Assembly (NCBI GenBank): GCA_048937405.1
Contig: JBHLNF010000009.1
Span: 32,001 to 96,000, forward strand
DNA: 64,000 nucleotides
Direction of reading: 5' to 3'
DNA from: Promethearchaeota archaeon
Lineage (GTDB): Archaea; Asgardarchaeota; Lokiarchaeia; Sigyniarchaeales; SOKP01
Shown here: positions 11,382-20,923 of the stretch, one piece after another
Numbering within the stretch: position 1 is the stretch's first letter
Layout of the letters: every line of letters starts with the position of its first letter
Position numbers and translations under genes: made by a program
The notes under the pieces: generated by a model
What the model saw: only the letters and a program-made list of their open reading frames with translations
Databases searched by the model: none
What the model was told of the DNA's origin: nothing

Positions 11382-12017
11382 ATGGAAAAAATTAGATATG
11401 AAATAATCGAAATGCTTGTTAATCACTCAAGAATTATTTATTCGATTATTAGTGATATGGGTGTATTTTATATTGCTTGGGCGAAAAATTTAAAAATTGA
11501 TAAAGAGATTTTAGGAAAAAAGTTAAACAAATTGAAATTTGACATTGAAGAAGCAGTTTCAATAAAAAATCAAACAATTGAGACTTTTTCTGAAGTTGCA
11601 AATCTAAATTCAAGTGAATTTATTACATTAATATTGAAAATGGATAATTTATCGCATTTAGCTTTAAAATTTGTCGATCTATTAATGTACGTAGATGTGA
11701 ATGATGTAACACCTGAAATGAAAGAAATGTATCATAAATCAATTAATACAATTTTGCAAATGGTAGAATTATTAAAAGAATCAATTAAATTGCTTTTAGT
11801 AAACCCCAATAGGGTGAATTACAATATTAATAAGATCCATGAGCTTGCTAACTCAATCGATATAATATTCCATCAATTTTTAAATTATCTTTATAAAGAT
11901 AAGGAGTTAAACATTAGAAATCTGTTTATAATTCGAGATAGTGTTGTTACTTTAGAACAATTTGTTGACAAAATTCATCATATTGCAGAGATTATTAGAG
12001 TTCTACATTATGAATAA
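11382..12017 (+). CDS. DUF47/PhoU-like helical protein
   Basis: Clear paralog of 27411..28049 (MLxxHSRIIYS..SDMGVFY; RDSxxxLEQxxDxIH); two three-helix repeats. Confidence 0.7.
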   Translation: MEKIRYEIIEMLVNHSRIIYSIISDMGVFYIAWAKNLKIDKEILGKKLNKLKFDIEEAVSIKNQTIETFSEVANLNSSEFITLILKMDNLSHLALKFVDLLMYVDVNDVTPEMKEMYHKSINTILQMVELLKESIKLLLVNPNRVNYNINKIHELANSIDIIFHQFLNYLYKDKELNIRNLFIIRDSVVTLEQFVDKIHHIAEIIRVLHYE

Positions 12018-12138
12018 AAAATATATAAAATAAACCTAAATATTTAATAAAAAAAAATATTTCTTAATAAATATTCATACGATATTAGGTTAAAAGATTA
12101 AAATTTTAAAGGTTTCAATCTAAAAATTTACCACTTTT

Positions 12139-12681
12139 TTAATATAAATGAATTTTATCCAAAATTGTATAAATCGTTGTCTTATAAATTTCATGAAAAG
12201 CCTCTGAAGGGAATAATTGTTTTATTCTTTCAATAAGACTATCTATTTTTTCTAAATTTATTTCTGGAACTCTATCAAAAAGATCATGGTCATATTTATG
12301 AAGAAAAATTGTAAATTCTATCTTAATATTAAGCTTTTCTACTTTTTTTATAATTTGCTCTAAAAACTTGCATGTTAATTCATAGCCTTTTAAATCTTGG
12401 ATATCAATAACGTAAAATATTTCTTTTGTATCAATAATATATTCATTAAAATGTTGTAAGAATTCATTTCGATAAATTTCCTTGCCATTAAAATCCCAAA
12501 TACTAAATATTATATTATCCTTTTCAAGTTTGATGCTGCTAGGATTTTGAGTATTTTTTATTGAGTTATAATCAGATAAATTAAATTTACCAATAAAATT
12601 AAAGATAATAGATGTTTTACCACTTTTTTCTAATCCTAATACTAAGATCTTTCTTTTTTCTAATTTATCATTTATAGACAT
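12139..12681 (-). CDS. Small GTPase (Arf/Rag-like, Asgard-type)
   Basis: G1 GLEKSGKTS, G3 WDFNG, YVID strand, G4 HKYD, G5 KTTI. Confidence 0.8.
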   Translation of the reverse strand: MSINDKLEKRKILVLGLEKSGKTSIIFNFIGKFNLSDYNSIKNTQNPSSIKLEKDNIIFSIWDFNGKEIYRNEFLQHFNEYIIDTKEIFYVIDIQDLKGYELTCKFLEQIIKKVEKLNIKIEFTIFLHKYDHDLFDRVPEINLEKIDSLIERIKQLFPSEAFHEIYKTTIYTILDKIHLY

Positions 12682-12721
12682 AATCGAATAATAGAAATTG
12701 GAGATGTTAAAGTTCCTTTGG

Positions 12722-13063
12722 TTATTTTAATTTTTCAATATTATCTGAATCAATTAATCTTTGAATCTTATTTTTATGTAACTCAATAACAATTGAGTTA
12801 ATAGCAGAAATTACTCTGAAAATATTAAATGTCTTTATAAAATAATATTTTATACTTCCATCACGTTTATGGGATATAATATTTGCTTTTCCTAATTGAT
12901 TTAATAGTTGAGATACATAAGATTGACTTATGTTTAAAGCATCTTCGATTTCTTTTGAGGTTTTCTCCCCATTTTTTAGAAATTTTATAATTTCTAATTT
13001 ATAAGGATCGCTTAATAGTTTTAAAAATTCTGATGTAGCTTGAGTTAATTCATTCATTCCCAA
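12722..13063 (-). CDS. ArsR/SmtB family wHTH transcriptional regulator
   Basis: LKLLSDPYKLEII..L..GEKT..EI...LNISQSYVSQLL..L....II...RDG. Confidence 0.85.
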   Translation of the reverse strand: MGMNELTQATSEFLKLLSDPYKLEIIKFLKNGEKTSKEIEDALNISQSYVSQLLNQLGKANIISHKRDGSIKYYFIKTFNIFRVISAINSIVIELHKNKIQRLIDSDNIEKLK

Positions 13064-13293
13064 TATTCCTCATGTAAAAATTTTTCTCTGTTTTAATGAT
13101 TTAAATGAGGCTCAAATATAGACAGAGTATTATCAATATAAATAAGATGCTTAAGAAATTTAAATATGATGAATTCATAATATTATAATATTTTGAAATA
13201 ACAATATTTAAATATCATAATATCATTACTTTATAATAAATTTGAAGTTAGAATTTACAAAAAAGAATGTAATCTTAACAAAAAGAAGAATAG

Positions 13294-13815
13294 TTGAGCA
13301 TTATGGTTAACGAAGCATATATTTTAGATGATATTGACAAAAGAATTGTTGATTATATCCAAAGAGATCCTACATCTACTCATACACAAATTGCGCAAAA
13401 AATAAAGAGAAGTCAACCAACTGTAGGAATGAGAATAAAAAAGCTTGAAAAATTGGGAATATTGCAGTTTCAAGCAGGTTTAAATTTAAAAAACTCAGGA
13501 TATTCTTTAGCAAAAGTAAGTCTTCAATCGTCAGATTCTATTAGCATCATAAAAATGATTAAATCCTGTCCATATATGATTCAAGGATTTAGATTAAGTG
13601 GAATTTCAGATTTTATTATAATTATTGCGTATCCTACATTGAAAGGTATAGATAAAATTGTAAACTTTCATTTTAGAAAAAACCCTAATGTGAATATAAT
13701 CGAAACAGAGATTATAACAGATGTAATCAATGAAATTGTCATTCCGGTTGATTTCAATTTTAGATCATGTAAATGTATCAAAAGAGGGATTGAGAATGAG
13801 AATATTGACCATTAA
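13294..13815 (+). CDS. Lrp/AsnC family transcriptional regulator
   Basis: LDDIDKRIV..IQRD, SQPTVGMRIKKLEKLGI HTH and C-terminal RAM-like SGISDF; the start may be ATG 13303. Confidence 0.85.
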   Translation: MSIMVNEAYILDDIDKRIVDYIQRDPTSTHTQIAQKIKRSQPTVGMRIKKLEKLGILQFQAGLNLKNSGYSLAKVSLQSSDSISIIKMIKSCPYMIQGFRLSGISDFIIIIAYPTLKGIDKIVNFHFRKNPNVNIIETEIITDVINEIVIPVDFNFRSCKCIKRGIENENIDH

Positions 13816-14011
13816 AGGAGACGCTTTTACATTGAAGACTTTTATAGATTTTGATAAATCAAAATCAAAGATCTATATAAATTACTATATTGAGGATTTT
13901 AAGATTGATATAAAAATTCCAATAAAATTTAAGGAATTTGATGGAGAATCTAATATCATCCTGGAAACATTCGATATTTCGAATAAAACATTTTTAACTA
14001 ATGTAAATTAA
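13796..14011 (+). CDS. Small hypothetical protein
   Basis: Open frame filling the Lrp-TFB gap; GAGGG upstream of TTG 13790/ATG 13796. Confidence 0.45.
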   Translation: MRILTIKGDAFTLKTFIDFDKSKSKIYINYYIEDFKIDIKIPIKFKEFDGESNIILETFDISNKTFLTNVN

Positions 14012-14042
14012 TTTGAATTTAAAAAGGGGTGTATTAAAAATA

Positions 14043-14954
14043 ATGTATTTAAAGACTAAAAATAATTATAACGGAACATATTTAAAAGGTAAAGAGCCAA
14101 AATGTTGTGCAATTCCAAATATAATTTCATCTAATGGATATGAAGTTTGTACTAATTGTGGAACAACCCAATCGAGAATAATTTCTTATTCCCCACCGAC
14201 CAAAATGTTTTTTGAGAGAGAAAAAAATTATATTAATTTTGAACCTGTACGTTCCCCATTTGGGCCTCGTACTTTAATTAAGGGTAATTTAGATGGAAAA
14301 GGAAATTTTTTATCTCCAATTACTTTAAGAAATTATAAAAGATTATCTAAAATAAATAGAGGCTTAGTAAATGGACTTGAAAGGAATTTATGGATTGCAA
14401 TATCGAAATTGGATCAGATCAGGACTAATTTAAATCTACCAAATTATATAATAGAAAATACTTTTAGGATCTATCTTATTGCAGCAAAAGCAAAACTAAC
14501 AAGAGGAAGAACAATTTATGGAATACTTAGTGTATCTCTTTATTTTGCGCTAAAAAGAAACAAAATTCCAATAATTATTGAAGACCTTCTTTCTGCTTTT
14601 CAAATTTCTAAAAAAAAATTTGTATCTTGTTATAGAGCACTTTTTACTGAGATTGCTCCTATCTTAAATTTAAGCCTTTACAACTTTACACCTCAAGACT
14701 ATATAGATAAATTTTATGACGAACTAGCTTTATCTTTAAATAGTCGGAATAATGCAATAAAAATTATTGAAGCGAGTAAAATGAAAGGATTAATAACATC
14801 GGGAAAAGATCCTAAAGGAATTGCTGCTGCATCTTTGTATTATGTTTCAAAAAAAAATGGTGAATTTCGAACCCAGAAACAAATATGTAAAATAGCGAAT
14901 ATTTCTGAAATTACTCTAAGGACAAGATTAAAAGAAATAAATAGTTTAATTTGA
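14043..14954 (+). CDS. tfb: Transcription factor B (TFIIB) paralog
   Basis: Zn ribbon CC..VCTNCG, ERNL, cyclin repeats LTRGRT and TSGKDPKGIAAASLY, RTQKQIC..ANISEITLRTRLKE; SD GGGGTG at 14026-14031. Confidence 0.88.
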   Translation: MYLKTKNNYNGTYLKGKEPKCCAIPNIISSNGYEVCTNCGTTQSRIISYSPPTKMFFEREKNYINFEPVRSPFGPRTLIKGNLDGKGNFLSPITLRNYKRLSKINRGLVNGLERNLWIAISKLDQIRTNLNLPNYIIENTFRIYLIAAKAKLTRGRTIYGILSVSLYFALKRNKIPIIIEDLLSAFQISKKKFVSCYRALFTEIAPILNLSLYNFTPQDYIDKFYDELALSLNSRNNAIKIIEASKMKGLITSGKDPKGIAAASLYYVSKKNGEFRTQKQICKIANISEITLRTRLKEINSLI

Positions 14955-15182
14955 AATATTAATAATGAAGGTTATAGATCTTTAAAACTTAGATGAAATT
15001 GTTCAAATCAATTTTATAAATAAAATACTAAAAAATTACTTTTTTCTAATATTAATAATCTCTATATCTTAAGCTTTATACATATTATGTATATAAGAAT
15101 ATAATTCATTTGAGATGTAAATAAAGCAGGAAAATTATCCTTTCATTACTAAAGTTAAATTTGAAGGGTATTTTTTATTAAT

Positions 15183-15458
15183 TCAATTAATAAATTTATT
15201 ATAGACTAATTTTCTTATTTCATCCAATAATTTATCAATTTGTTCTGGTGCTATCTTTAAATCCTTATTGTCATTATTATCTTTTTTTACCATTTCAATT
15301 TCATATTTTATTATAATCTCCTCATCAAGTTTATATTCTTTAAAAGCTTCATCAATAGCATCAAAAACTGAAAATCCTTTTTTAATAAGCTTATTAATTT
15401 TATTTGAAAGTTCAATTTCGCATTTTTTTATAATTGTATCTTTTATTTCCGTTTCCAT
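15183..15458 (-). CDS. Hypothetical protein
   Basis: 91-aa ORF directly downstream of SPFH on the same strand; AAGGGA upstream of ATG. Confidence 0.6.
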   Translation of the reverse strand: METEIKDTIIKKCEIELSNKINKLIKKGFSVFDAIDEAFKEYKLDEEIIIKYEIEMVKKDNNDNKDLKIAPEQIDKLLDEIRKLVYNKFIN

Positions 15459-15476
15459 ATTCCCTTTTTAAAATTA

Positions 15477-16403
15477 TTAATCTGTTTTAAAATCTTTGAG
15501 ATGTTTGAATCTTCCCCCTAATATGTTAACCATATCTGAGGGAACAACAATCCATCCTCCTTTTTCTTTCATAGATTCATAAAGAATGTTCATTGCTCTT
15601 AAATTTAAGGCAGTTTCATCACTTTCATAAACATGAGCGGCATTAAGAAATTTATTCGCAATTTGTTCCTCAGAACCAGCTAATATAACCCTTGCTTGAC
15701 GTTCTCTTTCTGCTTGTGCTTGCCTACTCATTGCATCTTGTAATGCCGTTGGAATAATAACATCTCGTATTTCTACTGAGATAGATTTAACACCCCATTC
15801 TTCAGTTCGCTCATCAATTACACTTTCAAGATCATGCGATATTTCTTCCCTTCCCGCAAGCATCTGACTCAGTTCCGTTTTTCCAATCACATCTCTTAAT
15901 GAAGTTTGAGCAGCCCACGCAATTGCAGTTCTATAATCTTGAACACGTAGAGAAGCCTTATACGCATCTACAACTTTCCAAAACAACACAGCATCAACAT
16001 TAACAGGTACATTATCCTTTGTTAATGTTTGCTCAGCAGAGAATGTAGTTGTAATTATTCTCATATCGAGAGAAAATGGAATTCGATAAACAAATGGAAA
16101 TAACCACATAACCCCTGGACCTCGCATTTTTTTAAATTTACCTAATAATAATGTAGGTATTCTAATCCACTCTGGGATAATATATAAACCCATAAAAATG
16201 AATCCTATAATAGCCATAATGCTCATTCCAATAAACACCAGTAGATTAAACGGAATTCCATAAAAATTCCAGGCAATTACAAAGCCTATCAATATTATAA
16301 TACCTAGAATTAAGAGAAAATAACCTATTCCTCGTATTACATTTCCACCAACTAAACTTGCTCTATTATCTGAAATCATTTTTATCAACTCAAATGAAAG
16401 CAA
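15477..16403 (-). CDS. SPFH/band-7 (stomatin/slipin) family membrane protein
   Basis: LTKDNVPVNVDAV, AQTSLRDVIG, WGVK..SVEIRDV, AMSRQAQAERERQAR; start may be ATG 16379. Confidence 0.9.
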   Translation of the reverse strand: MLSFELIKMISDNRASLVGGNVIRGIGYFLLILGIIILIGFVIAWNFYGIPFNLLVFIGMSIMAIIGFIFMGLYIIPEWIRIPTLLLGKFKKMRGPGVMWLFPFVYRIPFSLDMRIITTTFSAEQTLTKDNVPVNVDAVLFWKVVDAYKASLRVQDYRTAIAWAAQTSLRDVIGKTELSQMLAGREEISHDLESVIDERTEEWGVKSISVEIRDVIIPTALQDAMSRQAQAERERQARVILAGSEEQIANKFLNAAHVYESDETALNLRAMNILYESMKEKGGWIVVPSDMVNILGGRFKHLKDFKTD

Positions 16404-16573
16404 TTATATTTAAATAACTTATGGCTAAAAATTATAATTAAATAGAGAAGAGTACCTAAAAAAAATCTATGATTAAATCATTTGGAGATAATTTATTCAG
16501 TAGTGATTAATATTTTTGCTTAAAAGTCTAAATATTGAAATTTAACAGATTTTCAACATCCATGTATTATAAT

Positions 16574-17194
16574 CTATTTCACCAATATCTGGGAAAATTT
16601 TGTTGTTAAAATAGCTATAGTGTCTTGAAGTTCTTTAACTTCTTTTTCTTTCTCTTTCACATCTCTCAAATGATGATTTAAATCAACTTGTTTTCGTTTA
16701 TATAATGATTTTAATATTAGTGCTTTTTTATGTGAGTTTTTTTGAATCATTTTTATATATTTTAATTGTAACTTTCCTAATTTGATTCGCACATTTGCAA
16801 GATGTTTTTTTGAATTTGCTAATATTAATTTATGTTTAGCTAACTTTTCTTCAACCTTTGCTATTTCTTCATGATGTTCTGCTAGTTCTAATTGATTTTC
16901 AGCAACCCTCTCATGATAATTAATAAAATCCCTTTCGTTGTTTATTACTTCTTCTGGAAACTTTAATAATTCCTTAGATTTAATTCTGTTTTGTAATAAT
17001 TTTTCATTTTTTTCGATTAATTGTTTTCTTATTTGAGCTAACTTTATTTCTTTTTCAACAAACTTCTTTCTTGATTTTACTTTTTTTAAGAGATTATTGG
17101 CTAAATTTTTTAATTCTAAGGCAACTAATTTTTCTTTTTTAGCGATAATTATATTTTCATGAGCTTTTAGATTAAGATTAAAAATCTTTTCCAT
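16574..17194 (-). CDS. Lys/Glu-rich coiled-coil hypothetical protein
   Basis: 206-aa ORF with heptad-like composition and almost no Pro/Gly. Confidence 0.65.
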   Translation of the reverse strand: MEKIFNLNLKAHENIIIAKKEKLVALELKNLANNLLKKVKSRKKFVEKEIKLAQIRKQLIEKNEKLLQNRIKSKELLKFPEEVINNERDFINYHERVAENQLELAEHHEEIAKVEEKLAKHKLILANSKKHLANVRIKLGKLQLKYIKMIQKNSHKKALILKSLYKRKQVDLNHHLRDVKEKEKEVKELQDTIAILTTKFSQILVK

Positions 17195-17638
17195 TTGGAA
17201 TTCACTTAAATTTTTTGATGTTAAATAATTGAGGTATCCAAATTAATTTAATAAGTTAAACAATCCTATACTTATATTAAAACTCAGGATACATAATTTT
17301 TTAAATTTTAATTTTAACATCCAATCAGATTATCTTATTTTTAAAGTTATAGATATTAATTTATAAGAAGAAAACTTTAGATTTTTTCAAAAATAAGAAG
17401 ATATTCTATTGTATTCTGCTGGAACATTGAAGAGAACTTTTAATTTAGAAATCTTTTAATTATTGTTTTTTGAGTATCTGTGATTATTAAAATTAAAAGC
17501 ATATTCTATTAATTATTATATAAAATGGTTTTGTTAAAAGCCATATTGTAAAATATAATTTTATTATTTAATACTATAGAAGATCATTAAATATAATAAT
17601 TGAAGATCGTATAAAATTTAAATAATGAGTAGATCAGG

Positions 17639-18136
17639 ATGAAATCCAAAAAAAAATTGCCTAATATTGAATGGAAAGAAAGTGTTATTAAAAGTATAAT
17701 ATATAGATCAATAACTTTAGTTCTTGGCTTTCTTACCGCATATATATTTACAGGGAGTATTGCCATTGCTACCGGAACTGCCATTTTAACAGAGACGGTG
17801 CAGAGTATAAATTATTTTGTATATGAAATAACATGGACTAACATTTCAAGAAGAAGATTTGAGAAAAAAATAATTGAAAAAATAAAACTAAAAGAAATCA
17901 ATTTAAAATTAGATTATTCTTCAGTTATTGAATTAGCTTATCAATTATCTCAAATAGATACATTTGTTCCAAAATTATATTTATCTGTAAAAGGAATATT
18001 TAGAAATATGTTGAAAAATGAAGAATTAGCAGATGTTCATGAAGAAATTAGAAAATATAAAGAATTCTTTGAAGCAGTTCATTCAGGTAGAAAATTATTT
18101 TTTCCCAAAAAAGAAAGTGTAAATGAAGAATTATAA
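17639..18136 (+). CDS. DUF2061-like membrane protein with C-terminal extension
   Basis: ESVIKSIIYR...AYIFTGS...YFVYEITW pattern. Confidence 0.65.
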   Translation: MKSKKKLPNIEWKESVIKSIIYRSITLVLGFLTAYIFTGSIAIATGTAILTETVQSINYFVYEITWTNISRRRFEKKIIEKIKLKEINLKLDYSSVIELAYQLSQIDTFVPKLYLSVKGIFRNMLKNEELADVHEEIRKYKEFFEAVHSGRKLFFPKKESVNEEL

Positions 18137-18219
18137 TATTTGCATAAAGATTGATAAACTTAAATTAGAAGAATAAAAAGTGCTATTTTTGGAATTTCTG
18201 AACCTTTATTATTATGAAT

Positions 18220-18960
18220 TTAATGGTTTTTCTGGTAAGAACACATCCATATGAAGTTTTCAATAATTTTTTCTCCAGTAATTCTTGTTTTTTCTGCGAT
18301 CCTCTCATTAAATAAACCTGGATGAAAATAATAAGGATTATGAGTTTCTGGATGAAATTGAAGAGCAAAAATTGGTTTTTCATGATGTTTCATGTATTGA
18401 ATCATTCTATAACCCATTGTACGAGAAGTACTAATTATTTCGAATTTATTTTGAATTTTACAATCATTCGGAGAAACGAAATCAAGATGATGAACATTTA
18501 CAGGTATATTTTTTTGAGTTATCAATTCATCTGTTTTTTTGAGTATTATAAAAATAATTCTTCCTCCTAAACCAGGTAATCTCATTCTAGATATTTGAGC
18601 ATCATATGCATAAGCGGTTAAATGAAATCCGAAGCAAAGTGCTAAAATTGGTGTTTGATTTGAATGACAAATTAATTCTAATTGAGGTCTAAATTTTTTT
18701 TTTAATCTCTCATCATAATAAAATCTAGAGACGTTCAATTCAGATCCAGAAAGAATAATGCCTATATAATCTTCTACCAACTCTGGTTTAAATTGCGTAT
18801 AATGAATCGTTTTTAATCCTACATTTGCTATACAGTCATTGATAATTGTTTCAATTCGAGTTATTCTATCTGTTGGAAAACCTCTAGAATAATTATCTAT
18901 AAGAAGGATTTGATGTTCTTCTTGAATCTCTAAAATATTCTCTTTATCCATTAATATCAT
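18220..18960 (-). CDS. Class I glutamine amidotransferase / gamma-glutamyl hydrolase-like protein
   Basis: LLIDNY, GIILSGS, PILALCFG (Cys nucleophile), QFHPE (His-Glu). Confidence 0.85.
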   Translation of the reverse strand: MILMDKENILEIQEEHQILLIDNYSRGFPTDRITRIETIINDCIANVGLKTIHYTQFKPELVEDYIGIILSGSELNVSRFYYDERLKKKFRPQLELICHSNQTPILALCFGFHLTAYAYDAQISRMRLPGLGGRIIFIILKKTDELITQKNIPVNVHHLDFVSPNDCKIQNKFEIISTSRTMGYRMIQYMKHHEKPIFALQFHPETHNPYYFHPGLFNERIAEKTRITGEKIIENFIWMCSYQKNH

Positions 18961-18968
18961 CTAATAAT

Positions 18969-19307
18969 TTATGTATAATTTTTGATTAACGTTTCCGAGG
19001 GATAATATGTATAAGCTTCTAAGCTCTTTCCATCTTCTAAATTCACTTTTACTAAAATTCTATGATATAATTGCCCTTCTCCCTCAATAAGATCAATTTG
19101 ATTAATGATTGATCGACTTAAACCAAAGTATATCTCACCTTTGACATTTGAAGAATCATCACGAATAATGAATGGAAACCCTAGAGTTGGAGGTATTATC
19201 TTTTTATAGTTGAATAAAATTGCTTTTTTATATTTTAATCCACTAAGAACGTAATTACGACTTTGACCATGTTGTAAAGTTCCATAAACAAAAAGTCTAT
19301 CAATCAT
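18969..19307 (-). CDS. Gamma-glutamylcyclotransferase (AIG2-like/GGACT)
   Basis: LFVYGTL, GFP, VKGEIY, DLIEG..LYHR, AYTY; SD AGGTG favours ATG 19307 over 19334. Confidence 0.85.
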   Translation of the reverse strand: MIDRLFVYGTLQHGQSRNYVLSGLKYKKAILFNYKKIIPPTLGFPFIIRDDSSNVKGEIYFGLSRSIINQIDLIEGEGQLYHRILVKVNLEDGKSLEAYTYYPSETLIKNYT

Positions 19308-19360
19308 TATAGGCCCACACCTTTTTTTTTCCATTCTTTATAGGGTTTTTTGGTTTTTAA

Positions 19361-20824
19361 TTAAAAGAATAGATCACCAAATAATCTATCTATCAAAGAT
19401 TCGGATTCAGATTGCACACTTAATATACGATCATTTTCCGTTAAAGGTATTTTCAAATTTTGAACGACAAGATTGTTTACCACTCTTATATTTTTAAAAT
19501 TAGTGGCCATTCCATCTTTTTCATTGTATTTAAAATTATATTTTGCTGATAATGTTCCCCTAACTTGAGTACCACTGGTAATTTTGTATTTATTTCCCCT
19601 CCTATCAGATACAACTCTCGGCTCTACTAATTCAACAACAACATAGTTTTTGCCTTGTTGTCTTAATTTTTCGATCTTTCTCGTTTGATATTCAACATTA
19701 AGTTCATTTTGATAAGGTTCCTTTTTGAGTCCTATATTTGATAAATTTTGAATTTTAACACCTAGGTAATCTTGGTATTTATTAGTTTCATCATTCCATC
19801 TTGAAATACTGGTTTCTAAGGATTCTTTTACCCCATTTCCTCTTAAGAATACTGATCTTCTTCCATTTGCTATTGCATTTTCTACATTAATTTTATGATA
19901 AGGATCCTGTGTAATTTCACCAAACGATTGAAGATTAATTGCATGAAGTGCAGAAATACAACAAAGATACGCTATATCAAGTAAATCAGCAATGTTATAT
20001 TGTACATCAACAATACGAACTTCAATCCGATTTCTGGAAGGTAATTCATCATTATCATCACTTATATTTGTAAAAGGACCTCTCGGGGTAATATCTACAA
20101 GACGATCTCCTCTGTTATTGGAAATAATTTTTTTAGAAAATTCATCTTCCTCAAAACCTATTTTAAGCTTATATCTCATACGACCGTAATAACGCATTGG
20201 AATTAAAGCAGGACGATTTTCAGGAATTTGTATTGTCGCAAAATTATTCGGTTTAAGTACAGTACTGTTTGCACACCTATTACTAGCTATATTATTTATA
20301 TTGCCTCGGTATATAGGTGAGTTTGCTGAGACACCAATTATTTCTGGTAAGAAATTCCATAAATAATTATATACTGCTTTCATTTCTTCAGGTGTCATTA
20401 AATTACCTTTTTTTTGAACTGAAACATTAACATGTGTTCCTGCAATTGGATTAGGATCACTCTGAATAGGGTGTAAACTTTGAGAGAGTATAGTTACCCC
20501 AATTTGCTTTGCTGCTTCTGTTACTAATTTTCTTCCTTCAAATACAGCTTCCTGTAAAGATTCTGGAGGTAATGGTAATGTAACATATTCAATTTGTGAA
20601 GGAGATGGTTCTGCATCTAACCCTCGTATTTTCACTTGAAGTGAATTCAGAAAATTTTGATCTCTTTCAAGAATCTCAGCAGATTTTACCATAAGATCAT
20701 CTGCAACTTTAGCTAAAGTACCATTTTTATTAATAATAAGGAATTCTTCCTCTATTCCACATAAAACTTTATAATCCTTATAATGGTCCTCATTGAGTAT
20801 TTCTTTTTTTTCATGAAATAACAT
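19361..20824 (-). CDS. Glutamate-cysteine ligase family 2 (GCS2)-like carboxylate-amine ligase with C-terminal extension
   Basis: GIEEEFL, QIEYVT, GTHVNVS, SANSP and RIEVRIVD motifs of the GS/GCS2 fold. Confidence 0.8.
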   Translation of the reverse strand: MLFHEKKEILNEDHYKDYKVLCGIEEEFLIINKNGTLAKVADDLMVKSAEILERDQNFLNSLQVKIRGLDAEPSPSQIEYVTLPLPPESLQEAVFEGRKLVTEAAKQIGVTILSQSLHPIQSDPNPIAGTHVNVSVQKKGNLMTPEEMKAVYNYLWNFLPEIIGVSANSPIYRGNINNIASNRCANSTVLKPNNFATIQIPENRPALIPMRYYGRMRYKLKIGFEEDEFSKKIISNNRGDRLVDITPRGPFTNISDDNDELPSRNRIEVRIVDVQYNIADLLDIAYLCCISALHAINLQSFGEITQDPYHKINVENAIANGRRSVFLRGNGVKESLETSISRWNDETNKYQDYLGVKIQNLSNIGLKKEPYQNELNVEYQTRKIEKLRQQGKNYVVVELVEPRVVSDRRGNKYKITSGTQVRGTLSAKYNFKYNEKDGMATNFKNIRVVNNLVVQNLKIPLTENDRILSVQSESESLIDRLFGDLFF

Positions 20825-20923
20825 GAAATCTTCTTACTCTTTTATTTTTGATCTTTAGTAATATTAAAAGAAATTATTATTAAAAAATTCTTAAATTGTT
20901 AACTTCTAAGGAGAAATACCTTA

